This document shows, one piece after another, positions 23,296-38,229 of a stretch of DNA of 64,000 nt. The notes beneath the pieces are model-generated. The model did not search any database and was not told the DNA's origin. It saw only the letters and a program-made list of their open reading frames with translations. The DNA is taken from contig NC_134031.1 of the NCBI RefSeq assembly GCF_964204645.1, forward strand, positions 6,696,001 through 6,760,000, written 5' to 3'. The position numbers and the translations under genes are program-made. How positions within the stretch are numbered: the first letter of the stretch is position 1; every line of letters starts with the position of its first letter. This DNA is from Tubulanus polymorphus. Lineage: Eukaryota; Animalia; Nemertea.

Positions 23296-26200
23296 CTAAG
23301 GTTGTTTATCTGCGGAGATGATGTTACCGTCCGTATCGCCTTGGTCGAACAACTCAATCAATCGCAGATAATTAATGTTTTCCTGAAAATAAACGCCAGC
23401 ATTTTTTTAGAAATTATTCCATCGCTCCATCGAACACCAAGCCGCTTGACACATACCGACAGTGGTCCGAGCTGTTGTTGCTGTTCGTCACAGAACGGTT
23501 TTGGAAAAGAGAACAAGAAAGCCACTCGGCCTTCAAGATCTATTTCAATTTGACCACTTTTACCTGTTCGGAAAAAGAAAGTGACACATTCCTAATCAGC
23601 GGCCATTCACTTTTCACGACAGTGATAAAGATTGTATCAATTTTAATTTACTTATAATCAGCTATAGATTCGGCTCAGATAAAATAATATTCTGATTGTT
23701 CTACCTGGTCTCCTGAGTAATCTATAAGAGACAGTGTCGAGTTTGCAACATTCCCTGTACGTGATATTGAAATCATTGAAGGAATCCGGTTGGTAGCGGA
23801 ATGTGGAAGATAATATCCGTTGTTTGGTCGACATGAAATCTGTTTTCTCTGTTTTATTACCTTCAGATAGACAAAACGAAAATATCTCTGCTATGAGGGC
23901 ATAATGGTGAATGTACATTTCTAATTCGTCGTCGGGCCCATTGCCTGTATACATATGCGGAATAAGGTTAACGAAATGGAAAACTACTTTGTAATTTCAT
24001 GTCATTTCAAACAGAAAACTCTAACTAATGCACAATAACATCAAGCATATACTATAAGAAATTGTCGATATGTAGACCAGAAATTGCTTCAATTAGCACC
24101 AGTTCCCGGTTCAACAGTCGCTACGCCAGATACTGATATATTGGCAAGTTATTTTTTTCCTTGAATTCTTACGCAGGGAGCATCGTTGCCGGTCATCACG
24201 TGTGTATTCCGGTGTTGTTGAAGATTGTTGAAATTTCAGATTTTGGCATTTTCCACCGGATTGGCCCTTATGCGCGATGTTTAATAGACCCTATATGAAA
24301 AGAAAAGTTTCAACTAAACATTCAAGTTTTTAGATCGCCTCTGTAAACAGGGATTCTGAAGAATTAAGGCCTCTGATTACACTCTAAATTATGGTGGCTG
24401 ATTCGGGCCAAGTTAAAAAAAAAGAAAATTCCGCGCAATATACCGCGCAAAAAAAATATATTGCTTCCGAAATTTACCGCGCAGAAACGCGCCAAAACGA
24501 GCGCAGAAACGAGGGCAGAATCGAACTTTGTTTCTGCGTCCGTTTCGTGTCTACGCGGTAACGACGCTGTTTTTAACACGTGATACAGTCCCGAGGCCAA
24601 ATACGAAAATTATCGAAAAATCATCGAATACATATAAGAACAGCATCCTCACTTACAATTGATTAACTAATGAGAAAAATTGATTCGAATTTGATTTAAA
24701 TGTAGAAGAAATTGAAGCACGGTAACCCATCCTAGTGGATCATCGCTTGCCACTGTAGCGATGCCGGTATCCCATTGATTGGGTTACAGCTTTTTTTCAA
24801 TAAAACTTCCTTTAATCGATGGTCTATTCTCTGATGAAAGCCAGTTAATTGTATCATTTGCAAATGTACAGTGTCAAACGAATTCTATTCTTACTAATTG
24901 ACGTTAGGTGGTAACTAGTACGTTAAAATGTTTGAGTTAACAGTTACTAAAATTGAAAATAATATTACTTTACTAATCTTTCAATTCATTGTCAAAGAGT
25001 AAGCTCGGTAAAGTGAGGGAAAGGAATTGTTTACCTTTAGAAATGACCTTATAACGTCTCATGCCGTTGTGATCTACTTATCGAGAATACGCGTGGCCTC
25101 AGGACTGCATCACGTGGTTAAAACAGAAATATTACCGCGCAGAAACGAAACGGACGAATAAACGAAGTTCGTTTCTGCGGGGCGCAGAAACGAGAAATCA
25201 CCGTGCAGAACGAGCGCATAAACGAAGGTTCGTTTCTGCGCTCGTTTCTGCGAAGCAATATAAATTTTTTTGCGGCATATCACACGGATTACTTTGTCTT
25301 TTGCCCGAATCAGCCACCATACAAAATAGACTACACATGAAAGGTCCACATTTGTTTCTGTAGTCTTCAGAGAATCACTGAGTACAAGAACGAACAATAT
25401 CAATGTCTCATCGAATACAACGAGACTAGCAGTACGATATAGGTTAACTATTTTATTTGACGCACGAGCTTTCGCTACTAATGTATAGAAGCTTCATCGA
25501 GTGAATTAGTGAAGCTACTATACATTAGAAGCTAAAGCTCGTGCGCCAAATAAAAATACTGGTCTTGTTGCATTTATTCTACACCCGGTTAACATGGCTC
25601 CTCTACAAAATGTCTCATTAGTATAATAAACTGAAATTCGTATATGTAACTGTTACCGTTTACCATATATTACCGTTTTCAGATCTACAAATACGTCCAG
25701 TATGACGTGGTCCGAATATGACCCATACGCCTCTAAATACGAAACTGTGGCAAAATCAGCCCTGATGCGACCTCTATAGTAGTCTGTGTATAGGCTGTAA
25801 ATCAAACGTAACATCCTCACATCATAACCGTTATGTATTTGAAAAAATCTGGCAGAAATTCGCAAAATTGACAGGAGACTTATCAATCTAGACGCAACAT
25901 ACGGAATGTCTGGCGAAGTATGGTGACTGATTCGGGATATGTCAATATGGTTTTTTCATCCTCCACGAAAATGAGGATAAACTGATATTTCGGTTTTGCG
26001 CGCTAAAAGATTATTATTCCGCGATAAGATTTGTTTTTGCGCGGTCGCTAAATCGAAGATTCGTTTTTGCGCGCTAAAAGTTTGTTTTTGCGCATTTTCC
26101 TGTGGGATGAAAAAAAAATATTGACATGTCCTGAATCAGCCAGCGTAGACGAAGAGCCATATCAATGACTCTATTTATGAAAAGGATTTATTTTGAAATC

Positions 26201-26529
26201 ATGGATTCCTAGTTTACTTCGATTATATTTCGATGTTTTTTTAAATAACTCAATAATCAGATTAATGTAATTCAATGTTGTCTCTTAGGTGCACATACGT
26301 ATATTCGTTACCTTCCATAAAGTTTGATTTCAGGATTTTTTGCCGTAGGCACGTTCTTGAAAGTAACTTCGAAAAATGCTGTCATCGATTTTGGGAAACA
26401 GCCGCATTCCGAGTCCCCAAACTTAAATGTACTTCTTACAAAATCTTTGAACGGCGAAATGGGTGGATTTGCGGAAGCCTCGTTGAGGGCTGCAAACCCA
26501 ATCAATACGACCAGGAAGAAACACTTCAT
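23296..26529 (-). CDS. Secreted Cys-patterned protein, copy B
   Basis: Same six-exon layout with in-frame splicing; divergent exon 5; two MITEs in introns. Confidence 0.75.
24392..25319. mobile_element. MITE, TGGTGGCTGATTCGG family
   Basis: Same TIR with TA flanks; CGCAGAAACG subterminal repeats. Confidence 0.85.
25921..26145. mobile_element. Short degenerate MITE of the same family
   Basis: TGGTGACTGATTCGGGATATGTCAATA / TATTGACATGTCCTGAATCAGCCA. Confidence 0.7.
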
Positions 26530-27116
26530 TGTCTTTAACTAGAAATAAAAACCTGTCGTCCTCGTTACTGTTTCAAAGAAGGACTGATGAGAAACAAGGA
26601 CATTTCTTCGCGTGGCCCTATATAAAAGTAAGTCGAATTTAACGGTATTTACTGGAAAAAGATCGACATAGATAATTCAAAAAAACGATGAACCTTCTTC
26701 GTGCAAAGGACCTAATATATCTGTACACGGGCTTACCTTCAGGATAGGAAACGAAAAAATGCAGGTGAGCGCCACAAAGGTTTTCAGCGAAGTGAATAAA
26801 TAGGTTTAATCATAGTTTGTCTGTCACCGATAGAAACAAAGCAACTCGTTCAAGTTCAAGTGTCTTCGAACACCTGGGAACGGAGCACACTTACGATTAG
26901 TTGCCAATGACAACCTTTTCATTTTTACGAACTCTAGATTTTTATTAGACCTAATTGTAAGAGTGAGTGAGTGATTAAAATATTGAAAGGGGAATAGATT
27001 AAAGTAATGACATAACAACTAGAAAAAAATTCCCCTTTCAATATTTTAATCACTCACTCTGCTTCTATTGTTTTGGTCTTGTATAAATATCTTGTAATAT
27101 TCTCCTGTACTCAGTA

Positions 27117-27156
27117 CGCCTGATGATGGCTAATAGTCTTTAGCCGAAACGTTGCG
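27117..27156 (+). ncRNA. Minimal hammerhead ribozyme in a Penelope-like repeat
   Basis: cgc-CUGAUGA-u-GGCUAA(uagucu)UUAGCC-GAAACGUU-gcg. A degenerate copy lies at about 29571-29610. Confidence 0.65.
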
Positions 27157-27775
27157 CAAATATATATAACTCTTCTATTTAAGTTTCTCGTTTTGGCTGA
27201 ACTTATTGTGGGATTTCTCTTGTTATCTTCTTACACGGATATTGTGTATCTTCTCGTCTCAACGTACTTAACGATTCATCGGATATAACAAATATCGAAT
27301 TTCGAAAGTAAGAACATTCACATAGGATATAACGAACTATAACTATATATGCAAGTAGGATCCAGAATGAGTGGGTTTCCTATAAACTGAGAATTTCAAA
27401 CAGTTTCAGTTTCAGTTTCAGTTTAGTTTATTCACTCCACAAGTTATAATAACATTGCACAGAGCACAAAAGTAGCGCATAGATTACAGCATATTACAAA
27501 AAATATAATGATATTATTAATAATAATTATATTTATAATAATAACAATTATGATAATAGTAAAAATAATAATAATAATAGTGATAGCAGTAATATAATAC
27601 TTATAATAATAATAATTATAATTATAATGAAATTATAATGCAAAAGATGAGGTGGAATTGTAGTATCGAGATCCGATAATTATACACTATATTGACAGAT
27701 AACTACCCCACTAATTTCAAACATGACAGATGATTACCCCTTAGTTTGTCTGCCTTTGAACCCTGGGCTTTGTTT

Positions 27776-29400
27776 TTAAGTTAAGTTAAGTTTATTTACT
27801 CCACAATTATACAATTGCACAGAGCACAAAATTAATTTACAATAGACATTGCAACATTTAACATTAGAAATGTATTAAACATTTGCGTATATACAACGCC
27901 AATTTTTTAAGAGTTTGGCAATTTGAGTTAAACAAATCATACAACTTTACGTTATTGGGGAATCTCCAATAACGCTCCGGGATATATCTAGCTCTGGATT
28001 CCTGGAAGTACGGGCAGACGAGTAAAAAGTGATATTCATCCCCCACCGCCACTAAATCACACTTTTGGCACAGCCTATTGGCACGGGCAATTCCACGCCA
28101 CCGCCCAACTTCCACCGGTAGCCTGTGAGCTGAGCATCTAAATCTACATAAAGTTAACCGGTCCCTAGGGGTTAATTCAGTTAGATACTTTTCCATTTCG
28201 AAACGGCATTTGATTGTTAAATACGTAACAGCCATAGTGGAATCAGTAAGTTTTGCATGCCAGACTTGCATAAACTGATCCTGCAATCTCTGTTTAAGAA
28301 TCAGACTCAAGTAATTCACGTTTGGAATATTTTGATTTTCCCAAATATATCCGAGCCCATTTCGGAGCAAAATGTTCTTCACAGAATCCATCCAAGAGTT
28401 AGCTTGACCATCAATATAGCTATTATAAACACAACTGTAAACCTTTGACGATAATTTATCATCAGTTATTAATTTTGCCCAAAAATTTACAATTCTAAGC
28501 TGTACGTAAACTTCGAGAGGAAAACGACCCAGTTCTCCATAGACAAATGAGCTATTAGTAGATTTCTTTAACTTGAGTAAATATTTAAAAAATTTCAGCT
28601 GCACGCACTCAAGAACTCGGAGATTTTCGTAACCCCAAATTTCACAACCAAATAATAGAATTGGTAATACCATGCTATCATATAACTTTAAACTAACATC
28701 AACGTCGAGTGAATATTCGCTAACCTTTTTTAAAACAGAGAACATAGCCCGCTGTGCTTGGTTTGCTAACGATTTTCGGCACTGAGCAAAAGACCCGGTA
28801 TGGGAGAATAGTATACCCAAATACTTATAGTTATATACTAACTCCAACACTCGACCGTTTATATTAAACTCCGGAGGGTTTCGGAGTCTTCGTTTCGAGA
28901 ATATCATTACTTTTGTTTTTTCGCAATTTATTTGTAACTTCCAATCTTTGCAATAAACATGCAGGTTGTCAATCAATTTCTGAGGACCCTGTGGACTCTC
29001 GCTCATAAGTACTGTATCGTCTGCGTACATAAGGATCATCAATTTGACCCATGCATCATTACGCATGCGCAGATTTAGGGAGGGACAATTTTGAGCATCT
29101 AAATAGCCTTCCAGATCATTTAAAAATATTGAAAAGAGCACAGGGGACAAATTTTCTCCCTGTCTGACACCCATAAAACTTTCAAAGGCATCTGTTTTAC
29201 TATCATTAGAAAATACACATGACTTGATGCCCTGGTACATGCTACATATTACATTTAGAACTTTGCCCGTAACACCACTATTGATCATCTTATGCCACAG
29301 AGCCTTTCTCCATATGCTATCAAAGGCACGTTTGTAATCTACAAAAATGCAGTAAAGCTTGCGATTACTATTCAAAAACATATCCACAAGTGACTTAAGG
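27776..29400 (-). mobile_element. 5'-truncated LINE (RTE-X/L2-like) with open RT ORF 27864-29387
   Basis: DYKRAFD, GVRQGENLSP, YADD, C-terminal CxxC..DEYH..C, and an AATAAA(CTTAA)n tail. A second related 3' end lies at about 27400-27480. Confidence 0.88.
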
Positions 29401-29816
29401 GAGATTACTTTAATCTCGCACTACATCCCCTTAGTTTGTCGTTTGCCTTCTTTGTTTTCTTCCTTAGTGTTCCGGTTTTTGTTGTTTAATGACTTTAATC
29501 TTAATCCTTTAATCTTTATCTTGATCATATTTTTGTATAAATATCCTGTTATAAGATTTTGTTCTCAGTACGCCAGATAATGGCTAACAGTTGTTAGCCG
29601 AAACCTCGCTCCTCAAATACAATCATTCTGATATAGAATTTTACAATTTTGGCTTTGTTATTGTGGGATTTCTCTCGTCATCATCATACTCGGATATTGT
29701 GTATCTTCTCGTCTAATATTGATAGAAAGGGTTTCCTGCATGAATATTCACTGTTTGAGCAAATCTAGTAAACACCCGATATACCGCTACCCGCCTACTT
29801 AGATATCTACCAGTGA

Positions 29817-30141
29817 TGTTGTGAGGGGTTACTGTGTACTAGGCCGGATCTTCGGTCCTGGTTCTTGAGTTCTTATAATGCTCCCGTATATAACTTGAAT
29901 GACTTCTTAAAGCCGGGTGTAAGTCGGCCTCGATCGTCGCTGGCGGTCGCAGTGAGTCGCGTCGCAGTGAGTCGCAAGCCGTCGCAGGCCCGACCTACGC
30001 CCGCCTTAAGTTATCTATTCGTATATATTCTCTCTTCTGCAGCTGTGTACAATCTTTCTCCCTCGAACTCCTCTTTCAGACTCGCTCTTTCCCTTTTATT
30101 TAATTTTTCTCTTTGGTAACGTGTGCAAGCCCTTTACCACA
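29817..30141 (-). mobile_element. Possible solo LTR
   Basis: TG...CA ends with imperfect inverted termini (TGTTGTGAGGGG / CCCTTTACCACA) and a minus-strand AATAAA. No TSD found. Confidence 0.35.
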
Positions 30142-32068
30142 CATGGCTTGGAATTCATGGATTGTGACGTACGTTTGGTTGATCTTTAAAACCAAAACAA
30201 CCCCTTCCTAAAACAAAGCGAAAATTGAAGCTAAAACGCCAGGTATCAGCTGCCAACGATAAACACAATCAGTACACTATAAACGAATGCAACATTCTCT
30301 CTCTCTTTTTAACTCAACCGTAAAGCTATAAAACATCATGTCATTTCCATTAGCGATATCCGTGCTAGAAATATACATACTTATAACAAGTACAATTCCA
30401 CATCTTAAGCATTATGATATGGAACACAAAACGATTCGGACATACAGCATTATGGATTCAGTTGAATTTTTCGGTAAGCAACAATTTTCAATAACCAATT
30501 CTACCTCAATACATTTCACTCATAAAACCTACATTCATTACGATATATATTTTGAACCTTTTTTTCTTTTTTTTTCTTAGATTAGCCTACCTTGTACTGA
30601 ACATGTTGTATGATTTTATAACCGCCCAGCGTGGTAAACCAATAAACTATATATTATCATCATTTGTTATCTACTTATCAGAATTATTACTATTATTTCT
30701 ACCAGCGGGTAACAATATCATTTCATTTTAGGCACCCGACCGGGCTACAGCAAATAATTCTGGAGGCGATTAACCGTATCCAAACATCGATTCCGTTCCA
30801 GGTATAGACCTTAAACTAATATTAACAATACAATCTATTTAATTACTGATTTTTCTCACTCATCAATACGTAGCAATACGCATTATAACAATATAATATA
30901 ATGATATAATTCAATTATAACATAATCATATTTTGATTCAAGTATAATACATACACAATTGTTAATTAAATTCAACTTTCAGCCTCATCGTCCCCTGGAG
31001 TGCCCCCAGGGCCCGACACCTAGACCTTTCGTGGGCACGCGGATGGGTAAAGGAAAGGGCAAGGGGAAGTCAAGCAGCTTCCCTACACGTGTTCATCCCT
31101 ATTCCCGTCCTGTCAACCCGTCAACAAGTCCGGGCGTAGGTCCTGTACCATATGGTTCAGGTCTACAGCCCGCTTTAACTGATTGAACGAGCATGCTCCC
31201 AGACCTAATAATCATTGATAGTGACTCCAGCACCCCTCCACCAGTCCTTTACCATTCCTCGATCTTTCTCTTCATCCCCTAATGTCCCTTCGCGTTCACA
31301 TTCATCCTACAACTCCCCGTCTAACTTAATGCCCTAACCCACAAAGCCCTTCTCCCAGTAGCCCTAGTAGCTTCTCTAGACGTAGTTACCTTCTTGCGCT
31401 GGCCTCCCTCTTTTCCCCCTTTTTCTGGCCCATCTCCATCTCGTCAGAACCGGGTAAGAACATTCTTCATATAAGCTGATATATAAGCTTAATTAAGTAA
31501 TTGTATCTTATCACTTGATTGACGTCGCTATGTAGAGTGACCCATTGACGGGTAATTTTTCTTGTGGAGCTTGAATATATACGACGAATAACGCAAACAA
31601 AATTTAAAAAACGTATTTGTAGTATTAATTATCGGTAATATTATAATCTTTTCTATCGTCATAATCGTTTATCGTAGGAAATGAAAAATATTGTTTAAAG
31701 TTTGAGCTTAAATGACCTCGACGATCGTGACGATTTTACCGTTCAATGTCGACTGAGAACAGCGCTAACAACACCGTGATATTTCACACGATCTGCGTGA
31801 AAAATTTGAGATTTTTTTAAGTGGAAAAATGAAAAATTGTTTTCATCGATAATGTTAAACACAGTGTCAGCCCGATTGGATGCGACCGCTGGTCACGTTT
31901 TCATCTCATTCTTCATTATCGTCTTTTTGAAGGCCGAAAAATAGAGCCGCGCTGATATTGCCGCGATAATGCACACAAAAAGTGACGCAAATCTGTTGCA
32001 ATGTACCGGGAACAATCCACTGGAATCCATTTTCACCAATTCGCGCTATATATCAGTATTTTGGTGGT

Positions 32069-33684
32069 TTATAGGCTCGATGATCTAATAATTTCGCCGT
32101 CCGTTTCGCCTTGGTCCAATAATTCACTTATACGTGGATAATTTAAAGGTGACCCTGGAGAAAAGCACCGAACATTACGGATTTTACAATCTAATACATA
32201 AACATACAAGTGTCTCATCCCAGATAACATCTGCTGCTGACACATACCGATACGATATCGATTATTCGTGGTGGCTCTGAACAGAATAAAAAACAAAGTT
32301 GTCTCCTTGAAAATGTTTCAAGGAGACCACTTCGCCTTTGAAAAGGCCTTCAATTATCCTACCGTCGTCTCCTGAAGACAAAAGTGCGTAGCAATTAAAA
32401 GCAATTTACATAATTTTTCAGACTTTGGTTGAAGCAGAAGGACTGCAGCAGGAGCAGTGGCAGAATTAGCAAAAGTCTTTTTTTAGTAAATATACATTCA
32501 GCTTGAATGAAATCTTACCTGGTTCTGAAAATTGAAACGAGAAATTGTTCAATTCGCAACATTTTGAATATGTAAAATTCATGTCCGTTGATGGGGCTTG
32601 GTGGAAGCGGAAAGTGGAAGATAATATCTGTTGCTTGGTCGAAATGAAATCTTCTTTCTTCGTCATTCACCCTACGTGCGTGGAATTTAGAAGAAAAGGG
32701 AATAAAAAGTTCACTGTTTATTAGTCGAGCGTATAGGCCCCTGGCTCGCGAGTGAGCAAGTGAGCATTGTCTCGGGTTTCATGAAAGATTTAAATTCGAT
32801 TCCTCAGAGTTGCGCATTTGAATATTTGAAAACTTACGTAAGAAGCACCGTTTCTGGTCGGATATAATATCATACGTCGGCGTCGGTTGCACTTTAAAAT
32901 TTTGACATATTCCACCGGGTTGACCTTTGTATTCAATGTTCATGACCCCCTACAAAAGTAGTTAATTCGCACTTGAACCCAAAACTATGATCGCAATGAA
33001 GAAATTATATCATGATAATCATATTTCATGGCAAAGAATCCATCATCCCTTTTACATCAGCGGATCGTTATACACTATATGTACATATTTTGTGTACATG
33101 TCATTTACATTTTAAAAATACCGGCTGAATATAAATCCTTACCGCTTTCAGATCTGCAAATACGTCCAGTATGACGTGGTTGGAATATAAACCCTTCGCC
33201 TGTCTAAACGGAACTGTAGCAAGGTCAGTCCGAACCCGCCCTCTATAGGCGTCCGTGAATACCCTGTAAATCAACGTACAAATTAATCGTCGAATTGATA
33301 ATTGATGTATATGTTTCTAATGAGGGTCTTGATTTTACTCATAAATGTGATGAATGCGTATAATGAGATCTGCGAGCCCAATAAATCCTGCCTAGATACT
33401 TTCCATACTTTGGGATTTAGAAGATAGGCATTGTGCATGTAATGATTACAGTTATACATTCGTTACCTTCCATAGAGTTTGATTTGCGCATTTTTGGCTT
33501 TAGGTATGTTCTTTAAAGTAACTTCGAAAAGCGCAGTCATCGCTTCCGGGAAGCAGCCGCATTCCGAGTCCCCGAACCTCAACGTACTTGTCACGAAATT
33601 CTGGAACGGCGAAATGAGTGGATGTGTGGAAGCCTCGTTGAAGGCTACAAACCCCATCAATACGACCAGCAACAAACGATTCAT
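32069..33684 (-). pseudogene. Family copy C, probable pseudogene
   Basis: All exons are recognisable, but exon 4 lacks its 5' part and has GGG TGA where copies E and F have GGT CGA. Confidence 0.6.
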
Positions 33685-34378
33685 TGTCCTTAATTCGTAA
33701 CTGGATCCAGAGAATATGCAGTAAGTAGAAAAGTAGAAACCGCCATTGCCGATGATTTACGTACGAACCCTCGTTTTCATAGATTTTGACCAATTAGCGA
33801 TAAAAGTTGTGAACAAATTTGCTTGAGAAAGAAAATGGTCTTGCAAAGAAATTCCTCGGATCGAACTCCGCCAGTCAAGATATTGATAAGATTTATATAT
33901 TGATATGTTGGTATTATCGTCTATAAAAAAACGAATCTGGTAACACTAGCTTCGAATCCGTGTGACATTAGACTTACCTCATGTTCCAAATAGAATTCTG
34001 AATTCTGAATTATAACCGGAAAAAAGTTTCGCATCGCGGTATTTGCTAAATATAATGATATATAATCACTTAATTGCCTCATAATAACATCGTTTTGTTG
34101 AAAACTATGGCATAATTAGTTATGACCCGGGAATTTTTAGCGTGCCTAAATGGGATGCAAACAAAACAAAACAACAAGTAATTATGATGAGTTCGTATTA
34201 TATTGTGAGACATGGCCTCATTGAATATGATAAACTAGGCAAGCCAATATTCTGGTGTGCGGTTTGCGAGACTGAATAAAGTTATGTTAGTCTTTATACA
34301 AATGTGAGTCTTTTTACTGGACCCTATCGATGCAAATGTCCAATCCATAAATGAATTTTCTATAGAATTATTCATCAG

Positions 34379-37300
34379 TTATTTCCGTGATGCGGAAGAA
34401 GGATCGAAGCCAGTAGTGATTATTTCGCCGTCCGTTTTGCCTTGGTCCAATAATTCATTAATACGAGGAATGTTCATGTGTTCCTACAAATAGAAAAACG
34501 GTTAGAATACAGGCGCGAATCCAGAAGGAATGTACTCAAGAAAAATGCGGGCAGTACCACATAATCGGTGCCATATCATCTCATGTTTGGCCATACAATA
34601 TGCCGTATATGCCCACTATCATCAGAGATTTTTGTCGGCAGTTTAACATAAACATTTTTTATGAACCCCACCCTTTAAAAAATCCTGGATCCGTGCCTGG
34701 AATGGACAAGCCGAAAACATACACACACAAAATCCGCAATAAGATGGACAAACGAGAGAAATCCAACAATAATCAATATCGTTTTAGATAACTTAAATCA
34801 GTGTTCTCCTTTCAACTTTTTAATCACCCACTCGGTCCGTTCGACTTTTGATTCCTGAATAAGCATCTTTAATGTAAATCGTTTCTATTCCGGAATAATC
34901 ATCTTTAATGTAAATCGTTTCTGTTCTCAGGGCCCAGTTTCACGAAATGGATTCAGGCTTAAATCGACTTAAGATAAACTGAATGAATGAAGAAATCAAA
35001 TCGATTTAAGAGACTTTTTTGTGAAACTGTGCATCTAAGGCCGGTTTAATAGACCTAGTATTATCTGTAACCAGGACCTGTAACTGAAAATAAATTGACT
35101 GAGCCCCCGGTTAAAGTTAAAACATGTCTATAAAACCAGGCCCTGATGATAAATCTTTTAATTGCTGAATAATCGTTGTTCAAGTATATAACATATTTCA
35201 TCTTTGGCTGAATTACTGTGGGATACCTCTCGTATGTCAAATTAGATATTTCTATCGATTTTTATGCGCGCAAAACACCTGGTGCTGGGATACATACCAT
35301 CAGTCGGCCGATTTCTATTTGCGGTTGTGTACAGAACGGTTTTACCCGACGAATCAGGTCAAATATGTTCAAGGAAACCACTTCGCCTTTATAGAAGGCT
35401 CCGGCTTTGTTATCAAGTACTGTCGGTAGAAAATCAGGTAATTAGGTTATTTTCGATATAGAAAGGGAGAAAAAAGTACCCGAATGTCAACCCTGAAAAG
35501 GGCTATTTATTGTCAACCAGGGATTAGATAAACATGGGCAGTTTCTGAGACAAGTTGCACAGTAATAGACTTGAGATCTGACAACTTGAGACCAGACTTT
35601 AGATTAAAGACCACTTTTAAAATTTAAAAAACTTTTGCCTTTTCAACTGCGCAACTGTGCCGTGAACTTGTTCCCAAAATCAGTTATGAAAGGAATTTTT
35701 ACCGGATTCATTGCAGCTCGAGTGAAATGAATTTTTGGGTTGTACCTGATTTTCCTTGTCTAATCGCGAAACTGCTTAATTTGCAGCATTCCGTGAACGT
35801 AAAATTCATATCTATAAACGGAATTGGATTGAAACGGAACGTAGAAGATACTATCCGTTGCTTGGTCGAAACGTGTTCTTCTTTCTTCACCAGTTCACCT
35901 ATGCATAGAAATTCGAAAACGGAATAGAAAATGTCGTCGTTGGATGGAGGAAAAGAACTGGCGTTAGAAAAAAGTGCGATTGTAATTTGATTCACCAGGG
36001 GGCATATAGCGCATCACCCCCAAATAATACCCGCTTATACGTGAGAAACGTTATACCAGGATCCTTGTAATTTCAGTAACTTAAATATATATGTTCTGTT
36101 AACTTACGTAGAAAGCATCGTTGTTTTTCGGTCATATTATATTCCGCTGGCATCGGAGGCAATTTCAGATTTTGACATTTTCCACCTGGTTGACCCTTGT
36201 GCTCAACGTTCAGGACACCCTATTTAGATTGAAAGTCCTCATTTATTTCAACGTTAACTGCGCGTGCGTTTGTGTATAAAGAATATGAAAATTAGAAATA
36301 ATACCGCTTTTAGATCAGCAAATACGTCCAGTATGACGTAGTCAGAATATCGACCTTTAGCCTGTTTAAACGAAACTGTGGCAAGGTCAGCCCGGATGCG
36401 ACCCCTATAGGTGTCCGTGAATAACCTGAAAATCAAAATAGGTGTTAGCTTTCATATCTGTTCATTCTGCTTATAGGTGTGGCTGGGTCCTGGTTGGAGT
36501 TTGATACCCGCATGAGATCTACGTTATTAGTCATCTGCAACAATTCTCGTGATTTTGTCCACCCGATAAGAAAATGACTCAAAATTGTCCATAAGCTTCC
36601 CTACTAAATAAGATGAATTAAACATCGAATTATAGGAAACTGAAAAATGCAGGAGTTGCTCAGTTATTGGCCTGGGGTGGGCGCAAGAAAACGATATTTG
36701 CCTAAACGTGGTTATTGGCTGAAAATTGATTGGACTATTAACGGTCTAAGAACAAAATTATCAATAGCCATGACCTAACCGAGTCCCCTCCCATTGTTAG
36801 GAAATGGCTGGTGTCGTACTAACCACGGTAAACAGTGCCTAATTTGCCACGATTTGGTCTCACTAAAGCCCGCCGCAAACGGCACCGAAATAAAACGTTT
36901 TTTCCTCATGAAAAAACGTTTTCGATGTTTTTTGTTATATCGTGTGCGGGGAGTCAAAACACAAAACACCGAACAGAAAAACGTTGCATGGTTAGCTAAC
37001 AGTGTTTTCCTGCGCCCATCCCAGCTTCATATCACGTAATTAGTCACAAGTTTTTGTAAAGCAATTTGATTGTCTGAAAATGATTATTTCTTCCCGCAGA
37101 AAAACTAAGAGAAAATTTCATATCGATAAAATGTCATGCCTCCAATTATATTATGCAAATGTATATTTGATAATCGTTTATGAAAAGTTCATTACCTTCC
37201 ATAGAGTTTAGTTTCAGGGTTTTTTGCTTTATCCAGGTTTTTATAAGTTACTTCGAAAAGCGCTATCATTGCTTTCGGGAGGCAGCCGCATTGCGAGTCC

Positions 37301-37401
37301 CCGAACTTCAGTGTCGTCGTCACAAAATCCTTGATCGGCGGACCGCGCGATGCCGTGGCCACTTGGAGCCCCATAAAAACAACCAGTAATAAACCCTTCA
37401 T
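34379..37401 (-). CDS. Secreted Cys-patterned protein, copy D
   Basis: MKGLLLVVFMGLQVATAS..CGCLPKAM, six exons. The exon-4 acceptor is ambiguous. Confidence 0.65.
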
Positions 37402-38229
37402 TGTCCTTTCGTATTTATCTGAATTTGAAAAATTCAAGGGAATTCGTCATACTGCCTACGAGCAGTTAGTGATCCCTTCTTTATTGAAGGTTTTGAAAAA
37501 ATGTACCAAAAATGTATCCATGACACGTTCGATCTAGGGTTAAGCAAACGAAAAAGGAAAAAGATTAATTCTATCAACTCACCGACAACTGTAGTGAAAC
37601 TGCGGGTTGAGTAGAAGGAAATTTGACTTACCTCGAACCCTATCAAAAGCGAATTTAGCTCTGTGTCCCGAATTTTAAGTCACACCAGTTATTGTTATAC
37701 ACTCATTCTGAAACGCTATATATATAGAACAATTATATTACCAATTAGTTTGTTTTGTTTGTTTAGTTCCTACGTAATCACGTATAGATCTAGAGCATAA
37801 TTATAACCTGTTGTCGGTAATTTGTCTGATATTTTGTCTATGTTTTGCCCTTGACACATTCTCCATTAGTAGATCTTTGGTAGATGGTTCAGATGGTTAG
37901 AATATGAAGAGGGGAAATTTGTAGCAATAAATCCATTTAATTATTTGAAAATGAGTTGTTTACTGTTTGTGCTTCTATGGATATTCTTCAATTACAAACA
38001 GGAACAACGAAATGTTTATCGCCGTCTCGGTGTTTGGTTATCTATTAACATTTTGTCCGGAAAGGAAAATTAGCGCCACTTAAGGGTAAAAACGCGCTCG
38101 TGTATTGAGCAGAAATGTCATTAGCGCTAATTGTCCTTCAAGCTAACGTACAAGTTTTTATGCTCGGTGTTCATCTTTTTTTAGGCGTCTACAAAAAATA
38201 CGAAAAATTGCCCAATAATAATCAACATG

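Noticed and set aside
30959-31460. GC-rich, low-complexity stretch, possibly a retroelement remnant
   Set aside because: No diagnostic domain or termini visible.
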